Assembly (NCBI GenBank): GCA_013265495.1
Contig: MU058781.1
Span: forward strand, 7,979,009-8,043,008
DNA: 64,000 nucleotides
Source: Vicugna vicugna
Taxonomy: Eukaryota
Direction of reading: 5' to 3'
Position 1 is the stretch's first letter, and every line of letters starts with the position of its first letter. The translations under genes and the position numbers were made by a program. The notes beneath the pieces were generated by a model. It saw only the letters and a program-made list of their open reading frames with translations. It had not been told where the DNA came from and did not search any database. This document shows, piece after piece, positions 23,290 to 35,441 of the stretch.

Positions 23290-26200
23290 GCGCCTCCTCC
23301 ACTGTGAGATGTTTAAAACACCACCCAATTATTTCCTAGTACAGCATGATCCCCTAAGTGTTTCTTAAAGAACTGGTTCACTCTTGAAATTGTCTCTCTA
23401 CCAAACATTTGTGAATGTAATTAATTCATTTTCTTGATTTCCTAGGTGTGATATCACACGTACAAATTATAATATACAGATCTACTTCCTGGCAGGAGCA
23501 CCGTGTGCTTCGCACAGTAATCTATTACACCACACACACATTATTCATTAGCACTAATGGACATCATGTGCATAAAACCCCCACTCATTAATTGGAAAAT
23601 TAAACCCCCTTGTGTATAAATAAATCACACCTCCAGCTATAGAAAGGCACTTATTTTTAGATTTAAATTTGCATTTCAGTGCTTGTCTAATACATGCAAT
23701 TGGGCTCTTCTCTAATATCTTTTATTGTAGCGAAGATTTGGCTATGCTGAGAACAAATCCCATACGCTGAAGTCTGTCCATTCCAAGACCAACAGGGTAA
23801 AAACAGAACCATTATTACCCTTCACTCAGTCACTAATGTCCATGTCAAAAGACGCGTGTTTTGCAGGCTGCTGGTAAGGCATGTAGGTCCTACTAGCCAG
23901 GAAAACTTTGGCTAAGTTTCAGGCAAAATGGCCTCATGAGCTCAAAATGTCACCCTTATGTGTTTCTGTCTGTCTGAAATGGTGAGTAAGCTCGCACTAG
24001 TCTGTGTTCTGATTTCCCCAGCTTTAAAATGGAACAATAATAGGACCTAGCTCACCAGCCTCTGGGAGAATTACATAAAATAACAGACATGAAGCATTTG
24101 CTGCAAGACCTACCACAGCTGAACAGAAGCTAGGAAAAAAAAAAAAGCTGAGATGATCCACCAATTAATTGGAGCCACTAAATATTGATAATGAAGCCCT
24201 ACGGTGTGTCAGTCAGTCACTTTAAGGGATGCTTTTCTTGCCTTATTTCAAGCAATCCTCATGATGCTGATGGACAGTTATTATTGCCACTGTGGACGTA
24301 AAACAATGTTGCAGTTTATAGGAACCAGGCTCAGAGAGGTCAAGCTGACTCTCCAGGTCACACAGATCCTGGCCCAAGGATTCTTGATTGAGGTCTATAC
24401 CCTTTCTCTGATCAAAACAAAGCTGAAGAACAAATGCAGGAGGAGAACTTTTTGTTCTAGAAAAATATCCAAAGCCCCATAAACTGCGATGAAGTCTTTT
24501 TTTGTAGCTCCTCAGAGAATTTTTATAGATAGTAGTTTAATAAAGCAGGAAAATGTTTTTGACAATATCATCAAGTATAGAGAGATTCAACGATAGACAC
24601 CAGAATATTAAGCATCTTTAGCGTCAAATAAATGAGTTTCAGAGTAACTTTGTTACCTTGCAAGCTGTCTTAGCTCAAACTCCTGCTTCACACAAGCGGG
24701 AAGAGAAACTCAGTCAAATCTGTTTGTCACTATTTCCTGGTAAAATCGGTAGAATGTCTAAATTAGCTTTTTTTAAAAAGAGAAAGAAAGAAAGAAAAGG
24801 GTTGGTTTGGAATTCAGACTACAAAAGAACAAGGATGCGTTTATCCACATTTACACAAAAAATTTCTTAATGTTTACTCATCATATGATTAGTGTTTGAA
24901 AAGATTTATCTGGTATAAAAATAGTTTTAAAGTTGTAAAAAATGTTTTAAATAAATAAGAGGCTCTGAGAACCATCTAGCATTTATAACACTGTTAAGTA
25001 CTGATTGAAGAGCCATTTTAGTAAAGCTTCTAAAATTTCCTGCATAAACTAGTGCCCTTATATGTCTACATAGACAGTTTCTCCACTGCAAACTGTGCAT
25101 TCTTGGCTCTTAACAAAGGTGAATACCTCAAGCAAGGGACTAGTATTAGCATTTCTTCAACAAATGGTAAAAATTCATTATGACCTTTTTCCTTTAATAT
25201 ATCCTTGCATAATCTACATTATATTTAGACCCAAGAAACTAGTATAAGAATTTCCATGGGAAAAAAGTGGCATTTTATTGTAAGTCAAGAGAGATTTTTT
25301 TCCATACATACACTGCTACCCTTCCTGTATGTATAAATTAGTATTTTTTAAAACCCCTCAGTTTTCAAATATATATGTATATAACACATATAAAAGCATA
25401 GAGGACATTAATAATATTTTGTGTTTTTCCTCAAACTCAATGCAGCCATATTCTTTAATTTGTATGTTTTGGTATTTGTCACCACTCAGAATACCCAAGA
25501 TTCTAAAATGCTGGCATTCTGAAACATAACCATTAGGATAGTTGTTACATATTTAATTTCATGCTCCACTCAGCGTAAAGCAGTTGTGGGACTACAGACC
25601 AAAGCAAATTAAGTGACTTCTTAGATAATTTCCTGCTTAATTGAAAGCAGGTAGCTTTTTAAAAGTAATAACTGGCTTTATTTCAAATGATTGTAAGGAT
25701 ATTTCTTTTTATTTTTTAAATACACGATTATAGGATAATTGTCTTCTTAGTCCAAGCACAATGCGTTGGAATTCTCCCACTGAGTCTAAGGGACAAGAAT
25801 TGGAGCCAGTGCTGGTAGCAAATAAATGGGAACACTCCATGGAGGGGTGTGCCTGTGGGGCACAAACAAAGTGGAGAAAAAACAAGAAAACACACACACA
25901 CGTACAAACATATACATACATATTTTTCTCATTAACACGTGAAATAAATTAGATTTCCTTTCTATTGCTCTGCTTTACTCTTAGCATTGGTTTAATGTTA
26001 GCAAGTGGTCAATTAGGAGATTGGTAGCCCCAGTCCCTATCTAACACACAGCTCGTGCTCATTACAGTATTGAACTAAGCATCGGCTGTGATGGACTCTA
26101 CCTTTACTATAGGAAACATAGTCCTAGGAGTGAGAGAACATGGGCATGTTAACAAAGAAGACATAAAGGAATTAGGTTTGACATAAATGCCTATATAATA

Positions 26201-26560
26201 AGTGGACGATGGCGTTCTGATGTGTCAGGAGTCAATATTCAGACTTTTTCAAATAAAGTAAGCCTGCTAAAAGGCTTTTAAATTACAGAAAAGAGAGAAT
26301 GTTTTCTTGCTGCCTAGATTTAAGAGAAAAATAGAGAGACAGAGAGAGAGAGACAGAATGAGACAGAGAGGAAAAGGTATTCATCAGAACCTCAGATTTA
26401 AAACACTACAAGGGAAAAATATATACTGAATTTTCACATCTGTCAATTGCTAAGGTAATTCATGCCACTGGTAACAGTGAGCATCAGGGCCCTAGAGCGA
26501 TGGGGTAAGTGTTAGAGGTGCATTTTTGGTATTTACTAAAGTTCTAACTCGCCTGCAGTC

Positions 26561-26740
26561 TTTTTTATATTATTATTGAAGCAGAGCTGATTTATAATAT
26601 TGTGTTAATTTCAAGTGTACAGCATAATAATAGTGTTTTTTAAAGATTATATTCCATTGTAGGTGGTTACAAGATATTGGGTATGAGCCCCAGGGTCATA
26701 CAGTGAGTCCTTGTTGCTTGCCTACTTTATGTACAGTAGT
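26561..26740 (-). mobile_element. L1 3' end, antisense
   Basis: T-rich start then gatttataatattgtgttaatttcaagtgtacagcata...ggttacaagatattggg. Confidence 0.75.
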
Positions 26741-27029
26741 AGCCAGGACACGGAAGCAACCTGCAGCTCTTCTGGCCCCTGACTCTATTGTCTGTGCTGC
26801 TCTGGATGACTGCTGTCAGACTGCTCTTGGGACCACTAGCTATGCAGTTACAATGCAGTATATAAGAAGTCAGTCTTTTTCAATACTTGTAACCATTGTA
26901 TAGCACTGAACGCTCAGTTTCCCATTTTTGTGGCATGCCTAGGAATGTCTTTCCAGTCATTTTTAAAATATCAAAAGAAAGAAAAGAAGGAGGGAGACAG
27001 GGAGGGAGGGAGGACTGACAGCAGAAGAG

Positions 27030-27456
27030 TTATGCGTGAGCCCAGCAGTCATTACAAGTGTTCACCAGCTCTTCCGTTTTCCACCTCCATGGTATAGGGT
27101 AGAACTATAATTCCTGATCTACTTGAAGCTGGGCATGGTAATGTGACCTGCTTGCTTCGGTCATTGGAAGATGAGTTCCATTGACGTATGTCACTGCCAG
27201 ACAGAAGCCTTTCAGAGCTAAGGTAGGATATACCTGACTTCCTTCTAACCTTTTGGTGCAACAGCAGACAACTCTCTAGATAGAGGCTCCATCAGCTTTA
27301 CTCACACCCAGAAGAACTCACAAGGCAGTGTCTGCAGCCAGTCCATGACGGACATGAAGCAGAAGCAAGAAATAAATCTTTGTTTCTATATACAACTAAG
27401 GCTATACTAAGGTTTTACTAAGGTTTTACTTCAACATAAGCTGGATCCTAACTAAT
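27030..27456 (+). mobile_element. MLT1-type (ERVL-MaLR) LTR
   Basis: tgtgacctgcttgc...atgtcactgccagacagaagcctttcagagc...gcaagaaataaatctttgttt...cctaactaata. Confidence 0.7.
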
Positions 27457-27817
27457 AGTACATGATGGGCAATAAGAACTCAACTTACAGCAAGTATTGT
27501 AAAGTTAAAAAGAAAGAAACAAAACAAAGTAAAAAGAATTGAGATAGTATAAGAGGATACAAAGTTCCAGAAAGAATATGAAACCGAAAATTTAAATACT
27601 AGCCATAAGTGGTCTAGACCCTGAGGACAATACTAACAGAACTCCATCAGGTGCCAGACATCCAAGTTTCAACTGAAAATCATGCTTCATAACAAGAATC
27701 AGAAAAACCTCAACTTCAACGAGAAAAGAATCAACAGACTTAAACACTGTCATGACACTTTCCAGTTAATTTTACAAAACCAAAATCCTGATAACAAAAC
27801 CAGACAAATACAGTACA

Positions 27818-27919
27818 AAGAAAGAAAGAGAGAGAGAGGAAGGAAAGAAGGGAGCAAGGAAAGACAGACAGGAAGAAAGGAAGGAAGGAAGGAAGGAAGG
27901 AACGAACGAACGAACGAAC
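27818..27919. repeat. Purine-rich simple repeat (GAAA/GGAA) ending in (AACG)n
   Basis: aaagaaagagagagagaggaaggaaag...ggaaggaaggaacgaacgaacgaacgaac. Confidence 0.9.
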
Positions 27920-29894
27920 TAGTCTAATATCCCTCATGAATATAAATGCAGCAATCCTTAACAAAATATTAGCAAATAGATTTCAGCACTGTGTCAGCAC
28001 AGAATTATATACTGTGACCTAGTAGTATTCATTCCTGGGATACAAGGCTGGTTCAACATTAGAAAATCAGTCAATATAATCTACCAGATTAACAGGCTAA
28101 AAAAGAAAAATCACCTACTTCTATCAATTGATGTAGAAAAAGCATCTGACAAAATTCAATATCCACTCATGATAAAAACTCTCAGAAAACTAGGAATAAG
28201 GAAAACTTCCTTAAATCAATTTTTAAAAACTTAATAAAATAAAATAAACCTATAACTAACATCATACTTAATGATGAAAGACTAAATGCTTTCCCTGTAA
28301 GACAGGAATAAAGCAAGCATGTCCCATCTCACCACTGCTACTCAACACAGTGCTGGACATTCTAGCAAACACAATAAGATAAGAAAACGAAGTAAAAGGA
28401 AGAACTAAAACTCCCCATTTGTAGATGACGTGATTCTCTACGTAAAGAAATCCAAGGAATTAAAAACAAACCAACAAAAAAACCTCCTAGAACAAATAAG
28501 TGAGTATCGTAAGGTCACAGAATACAAAATCGACATACAAATATCAATTAAATTTCTATGTACTACTACTAAGAATGTGTAAATAAAAATTAGAAATATA
28601 GTACCATTAGCAATTTCTCAACAAGGTGAAACACTGAGGTGTAAATTTAACTGAACATGTTCAGGAATCTGTATCCTGAAAACTGCAAAATGTTAATGAA
28701 AGGAACCAAAGTCTAAATGAGTGAAGAGAAAGACATACTGTGTTCAGAGACTGGGAGATCCCACCTAGTATAGATGTCAATTCTTCCCAAATTGATACAC
28801 AGTTTAACACAATTCCTATCAAAACCCCAGTAAGGTTTATTATAAATATATGCAAAATTATTCCAAAACGTGTATGGAAAGGGAATAGAGCTAGAATAGC
28901 TTTTGTACAAAGGGAATAATGTTGGAGGAATCAGTCTACCCAACCTCAAGGCGTATTACGTAGCTACAGGTGTCAAGACAGCGTGGTGACTCTGGAAAGA
29001 CAGATATATAGATCAACAGAACACAACAGAGAAGCCACGTGTAGACCCCTGCAAATGCTGCCAGCTGATTTCCGCGAAGGGGCAAATGCAGTCTAATGGA
29101 GAAAGGATAGTCTTTCTCAACAAACTGGACATTCACGGGCAAAAATGAACCTTGATCTAAACTTCACACCTTGTGCAATAATTAAAATGGATTGGAGACT
29201 TCAATGTAAAATGTGAACCTATAAAACTTTTAAAGGAAGCATAGGAGAAAATCTTCAAGCTCTAGGACTTGATGGAGGTTTCTTAGACGTGACACCAAAA
29301 GCATGACATATTATAATATTAAAATTTTGGATTTCCTCAAAATTGAAAACTTCGTTCTCCAAGAGATCTTTTCAAGAGTACAAAAAGACTAGGACAAACT
29401 ACTTGCAAACTGCATGTCTGATAAAGGACTTGTATCTAGAATTTATGAAGAAGTCTCAGAACTCAACAATAGCAAAACAATCTAATAAGAAAATGGGCAA
29501 AACACATGAAGAAAAATTTAACCGAAGAGGATATGTGGGTGGCAAATAAGGACACAAAAAGATGTTCAACAGCACTAGACTTTAGGAAAATGCAAATTAA
29601 TAACGCCATGATGAGATATCACTAGACACACGGCAGAGTTAATATTAAAATTTTGTCAAGGATGGGAGAAACTGGTTCTCCTGTGCATTGCTGTTAGAAA
29701 AGTAAAATCGCATAGAATTTCAGGAAAACAATTTGGCAGTTTCTTTAAAAACTGTACATATACTTACCATATGAGCTGGGAATCATACTTCTGGGCATTT
29801 ATCCCAGAGAAATGAAAACTTATGTCCACAGAAAACCTATACACTGAATGTAGATAGCAGCTTATTTGGAATTGCCCCCCAAGAAGAAAACAAC

Positions 29895-30577
29895 TGATGC
29901 AGGAAAAACGGATATGGGGTGTTGGGCACCAAAGATACGATGCAGGAATAAAGGATGTGGGGCGTGAGGAGGGCCGTGTCCCAGGCTTCAGTTGAGCCCC
30001 TGGGACATGCCCCGCCATGTGTGGGTCCTTGGCTTCAGGCAGGAAAGAATTCAAGAGCGAGCCACAGTTGAGTAAAGGTAGATTTATTTACAGAGATACA
30101 ATGAAAGGCAAGAGAAAGGCCATGAGGTGTGGGGGTTGGGTGCTCAGACTACAGTAGAAGTAGGTACACATTCTACAGACAGCGCGCAGGCCCTGAAGAG
30201 GAAGAGAGAGAGAGGGCAGCGGCTGCGAGGAGGTGACAGTGTTGCCAGTTTTTATGGGCTTGGTGGCTTCATATGCTAATAAGTGGAAGGACCCATCTAA
30301 CTAGCCTGGGGAAGGGCCTGGGATTCCCAGGAAGTTGGCCATTTCCCACTCTTTGACCTTTTGTGGCTAGCCTTGGGACTGTCATGGCACCTGTGGGCAT
30401 GTTACTTACCATGTTAATATATTATAATGGGCGTATAATAAAGCGCAAGATCTGCTAGAAGTGAATCTCCTACCAACTTGAGCCTCAAGGCCTACAAGGA
30501 GTTGAATCTTCCACCATTTTAATGTTAATTGCTGTATTATTCCTTGAATGGCTGTGCCCTGCCCTCTTCCTGTCTCA
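29895..30577 (-). mobile_element. ERV1-like solo LTR nested in L1
   Basis: TG...CA termini, 4-bp near-TSD caac/caat, minus-strand TATA-like CATAAAAA and AATAAA; the L1 sequence resumes on both sides. Confidence 0.8.
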
Positions 30578-32839
30578 CAATCACAATGTTCTACAACAGG
30601 TGATTAATTAAACGGTGGTACATCCATATGATGGAATACATCTCAGCAGCAGAAAGGAATAAACTCTTGATACATGCAACAACTTGTATGGGTCTCAAGG
30701 GTATTATGCTGAGTGGAAAAAGCCAGTCTCAGAAGGTCACAAGCACGTAACAGTCAATATTTTATATACAGCAAACTTAAATGACAAAATAATACAGACG
30801 GAGAAAAGATAAATAGTTGCCAAGGGTTAGAGATTCTGTGAGGATGAGGGTTGTACCAGGAAGGGATTGTACCAGGAAGATCTTTGCTGTGTTGGAATAG
30901 TTGTGTCTTGATTGTGCTAGGTGGTTATAAGAATCTGCGAGCGACAAGATGACACAGAATTACAAGAACACTTTCTCAATGTCAATTTCCTGATTTAATA
31001 ACTTGTCACTTTCCTGATTTAATAACTATTCTATAGTTATGTAAAATGTAAACCATGGTGGAAACAAAGTAAAGGATGTATGGCACCTCTTTGTATCATC
31101 TTTGCAACTTCCCGTGAATCTATAATTCAAAATCAAAAGGTTTTTGTTTTTTGTTTTTTTCTTTCAGTAGATGCCCAGGCCATACCCCAAACCAAGTAAA
31201 TAAAAATCTCTAGGGAAGGAACCTAGCCAACTGTATTTTATTTTTATTTATTTTTTTATTTTTTAAGTTCATGGAATTCTGAAGTATGGCTAGGGTTGGG
31301 AACCACTGGCAGCTAATGTTACCACTGAAACTACAGGTGAGTGAAACACCTGTGATTAAGTCTAGTTGAAGACAGAAAGGAAGGGGAAAAAATAAATGTG
31401 CAAATCTGTTTTTGCTATCTTGAAGATCCCCCTCCCCCCATGTTGAATCCTGGCATTTAAGTGAATCCAAATAATGTGGATGGGATAATCACTCATCCAT
31501 TATGTTAGAGACACTTTCATACAAAAAAAAAAAAGGCAAACCCAATAAACTGTTCTTTGGATTCTAAAGCATTTGGCATCAATGTTATAATTTTAAAATG
31601 CTAAGGAGAATTACAATCACACTTAAATATGCAACAATTTTAGAAAATTAATGTCTCACACAGTCCTCACTTTTGATGCGTAACAAAATGAGTCTGGAAT
31701 TTTTATTTTATTTCATTATTTTTCAGTAAACTGCTACCAGCCGTTTCCTGGGAAACACGTGAAAAGTAAATATTCCAATCTTGATCATGAATTCTAATAT
31801 ATTAGTTATTTTTTATTAATGATCATCAACTACTATTAGTCTAGTCTCTCTGCACTGAACTGTGCCTTATGTCTGGTTAGTAATCATTCCTTAGCACCAT
31901 CATCAAGATACTCAGCTGGGCCAGAACTTTTAAAGTTTAGAAAAAGTCCTTCTCTGCCTTCGAAGGGTTTAAAATCCGTTTGAAGACAGAACTAAATATT
32001 TAACCAATAAATAACAAAGCAAAAAGGATATGCTGAGCTCCGGACTAACAGCAAGTTGAAAAGGGCCAAAGTGCTTGTTTTTTTACTGGAGGTATTTTTG
32101 CAAAAGCTGGAAAGGGGAATTTAGGTCCTCTGGGCTCATGGAACCCGAAAAAGAGCAGCTTCAACAATGCAAAGTTATGCTATCCGTGGGAGGGTTTCGT
32201 TTAGTTCTCAGTTGTGGACTTAATTCCAAAAAATGCAGCTGTTTTGAAGAAGTTTGTCCAAAAAAGCGAAATAAAGCATAAGGAATTACCTCCCACCCAA
32301 CTCTGGCCAATAGCTATGTCTTCCCCCGCCCCCAACCCGCCACCCCCGCGGGGCCCGGACCTCAGGGCTTAAAGATTTCTGGATGTGTGTGGAGTGAGGG
32401 TGGAAGTGGGTTGCGTACCGAACAATTTGCCTTGCCCCGAAAACCACCAATCTCTTCCATCTCTCCTTCCCTTTCTTTCTCTCTCCCTCCGTCTTCCTCC
32501 TTCCAAATACCTCCTGACCCTCACACACTCTCCATCCTAATTTACAGCACTACAACTTCCCAGATCTGTTTTCTCTTCTAGAAAGATTTATCTTTCTGGA
32601 AGCGTTCAGTTCCTAACTTCAAGTTCCTAACTGTCGTGAAGTATGATTTAAAATCAAAATAAGAACCACCGCGTTTTAGGAAGGGAAAGTGCAAAATTCT
32701 TTTAAAGAAAGTTGTTTTGTGATTGTGGGAGGTAATCAACGCCTACTGCGACATTCTTCCCTGAGACAGCTGAGGTTTATCATTTTCGCTATTATGGCAA
32801 TAAATTTTTCCTTCTTTTGCTTTACGCCTTTTGGCAGGA

Positions 32840-33530
32840 GCCTCGACTCCGCAGGTGCTAGCGCTGCAAGGGCTGAACGCCACCACCAGTCGGTCGGCCG
32901 AGCCTAGCATGGGATGTTGCCCAGCAAAACACAGAGCCCAGGGAGACCGCGCCGGAGAAGGGGAGCCTGCAAGCACGCTTCCGAAGAGACTGGGACTAAA
33001 GCCCTATAAAACTAGAGAGAATGCATTTCCCGGCAGGGGGAACCCGCAGGAGCCTGAAAAAAAAGAGAGAGAAAGAAACCCACCCCCGCGCTCCCAGGCT
33101 CCGCGCGAGCGAGGGAGCGCGCGGGCCGCCGGGGCTGCTCCAGCTGGAAGTCATTGTGCCGGCTGGCGTCTGCGTTGCCAGGGCGACCGCCCGACCGGCG
33201 CCAGCGGAGGGGGGAGGCGGGCTCGGTGAATGGGTGACGTCACGCGGCCGGCGCCAGGCAGTCTGGGCGGCCGAGCCAATGAATCAGCTGTCGGGAGAGC
33301 GCGGCGCGGGAGGAGGGCGCAGGAATGCGCCGGAGCCGCGCGGCCCCGGCCGGGGGGGGGGAGGCGCCTCCGCCCCGCCCCGCCCCGCCCCGCGGGTCCC
33401 CGGGCGGCCGGCGCGTCCCCGGCGAGGCGGGGCTGATGCTCCTGGCTCTTCGCACCGGGAGTGGCCCACTGGCTTTCAGCCGGGTCCCCCACGGTCGCGC
33501 GCTCTGCAGGGGGGCCCGGGAGCTGGGCAG
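32840..33530. promoter_or_regulatory. Orphan CpG island ~28.6 kb upstream of ID4 (distal enhancer and/or lncRNA promoter)
   Basis: Dense CpG/GC block with CRE, CCAAT, GC-box array and Smad motifs. Overlapping ORFs are low-complexity GC artefacts. Confidence 0.88.
33164..33290 (+). promoter_or_regulatory. ID-family-type BMP/Smad-CRE response module
   Basis: TGGCGTCT 33164-33171; GGCGACCGCCCGACCGGCGCCAGC 33182-33205; palindromic GTGACGTCAC 33234-33243; GGCGCC-AGGCA-GTCTG 33250-33265; CCAAT 33276-33280; E-box CAGCTG 33285-33290. Confidence 0.75.
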
Positions 33531-35441
33531 GGTTCCCTTAGAGAAGACCTGTTTTCCACTTAGTGACTATGCCACTTACTCATTAAAAAAGGGAAAACAA
33601 AATAAAACTTGCCCTTGTAGATAAAGTGGACCTCCAAAGTGTGGGATTCCTTCACTGCGGCCTTACTGTGTGCTCTGCATTGTGCTAGTAGCACAACAAA
33701 AAATTTTAAAAATAAAAATAAAAAAATCATAGGGCTCAAAAGAGCTCAAAATTGTACAGGGAAGAAAGACATGTAAGGAACCCGTGATTCGGCCTGGAGC
33801 GGACTGCATTTTCTTCCTTTTTTCCATTGTGCTGTACTGTACAGTACCTTGAAAGGCGTAGAAGCTGAAAGGCTCCAATTTTTCAGTGTTTTTATGCTTT
33901 CTTTTTTTCTCTGTCCCTTCGTTCTGTCCATTAGACAGTGACCTCCAGAAGGCCAAGCACCACGTCATGGTTAATCAGTATCCCCAGCGTTTAGCTCTCT
34001 CCCAGACACATGGTAAGGACTCTGAATTGTGATGGGTAATCTACAAAGCAAGAGCAAATAATCTTTGAGTAAAGGCCTGAGTTAAATGAATACCTTTGAA
34101 TTCCTAAGTATATAATTTGGGTACTTACTTGTTGGCTTTTGGCAGTGTCAACATTGGTGATGCATTGTTACTGAAACTGGAAAACTTAAGTGTATCACCT
34201 GAGTACTACAGATATTAAATCTGCCCTCCCTCCTGCAGTCGTTTCCCTCACTGGGCCTCCTGTTTCTCCATCTGAAAAAGGGGTCGATTTGGTGAACTGT
34301 TCTCTTAAGGTCCCTAAGGTTCTATAAGCTCAGCATTGTATTTATCAACCTTTAAAACTAAATTTTGAGTTTACTATTTCTATAATTCTATCTGGTAAAC
34401 ATGATGATCATTCATTCAACAAACAGTTCTGGGTGTCTGCTATGTGAATACATAGTAAGTACCAGAGATATTGTATTTGTTAAGATAGGATCTCTGGCCT
34501 GAAAAACTTTAAAGATATAAAAGTAATACCTAAACTAGAAAACAAAAGGAGATGCTAATGAACTGTTATAGACCAGTGCGTCTCAAAGTGTGATATACAT
34601 TCAAGTCACCTGGCATCTGGTTGAAATGCAGACTCAGCTGCGGGTTGGAACTCTGGATGAAGAATAGGCGTCCACGTGTTGCGGGCCCATGGACCACACT
34701 TTGAGTAAAGAGGGTCTACACTACAAAGTATTTAGGAAGTCTTAAAATAAGAATATGATGGATGTAAAGTGAAATCATTTCCTGAAAGCCTCTGGAGGAG
34801 GTGAGCTTGAGCCAGGTGACTGAGGAGATGATAGGCTGAGGGAAATGAAAACATTTTCAGGACAGGAAACAGCATAAATAAAAACAGCAGTGAAGGGGAA
34901 GGAGCAAGAAATAAGTAGGGCAGTGGAGAGGATTTTGTTTGACTTCAATTAAGAAATATTTGGGGGGCACTACAAAAGATGAGATTGGGTATATATGGGT
35001 GGATGGGTAGTATGGCAATGAAGCAGAAAATTTACAATTTCAGAGCTGCCAAGAAACTTAGAAGTTGTAGGTCCCTACTGATTTGTTGTGGATGAAGAAA
35101 CTGAGCAGCAAAATGATTCCACTGGGTGATGGCCAAGCTCGGAGTGGAAGCCAATGCGTACATTCTGTAGATAGCAGAGTTCTTGATATAAGGGAAGCCA
35201 TTTGTTATTGTTGTACAAGGTGGAAATATGAACGAAGAATAAAAACAAGACAGACCTATACGAAATAATTTTATAGTCCAAGCATGGAGTTTTGGATAAG
35301 GTCTGGGCAAGGGAGATGAGGAAATAGAGGGGAAGATTTAATCTGAAAAATGTTGGTTTTATCTAAGTTATAATGGCTGGAACCAGCTAAGCCATCCTTT
35401 TTCTGTAAGAGAACTCCCTCCATCCTTCTTATATTCCAATG

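Larger units (their letters stand above)
27640..31140 (+). mobile_element. Large degraded L1 (ORF1-start remnant, ORF2, L1MC-like 3' UTR), interrupted by a solo LTR
   Basis: ORF2 RT motifs (aacaaaatattagcaaat, caaggctggttcaacat, aaaagcatctgacaaaattcaa, tttgtagatgacgtgatt = FADD-like); 3' end ctttgcaacttcccgtgaatctataa. Confidence 0.88.

Noticed and set aside
30850..31030. Short direct repeats (ttgtaccaggaag x2; tttcctgatttaataact x2)
   Set aside because: Ordinary slippage duplications inside an old L1 3' UTR; not an array or CRISPR-like structure.
32831..33624. Cluster of 60-180 aa ORFs in the distal CpG island
   Set aside because: Present in many frames on both strands, low complexity, with no domain or exon structure; stop-codon scarcity explains them.
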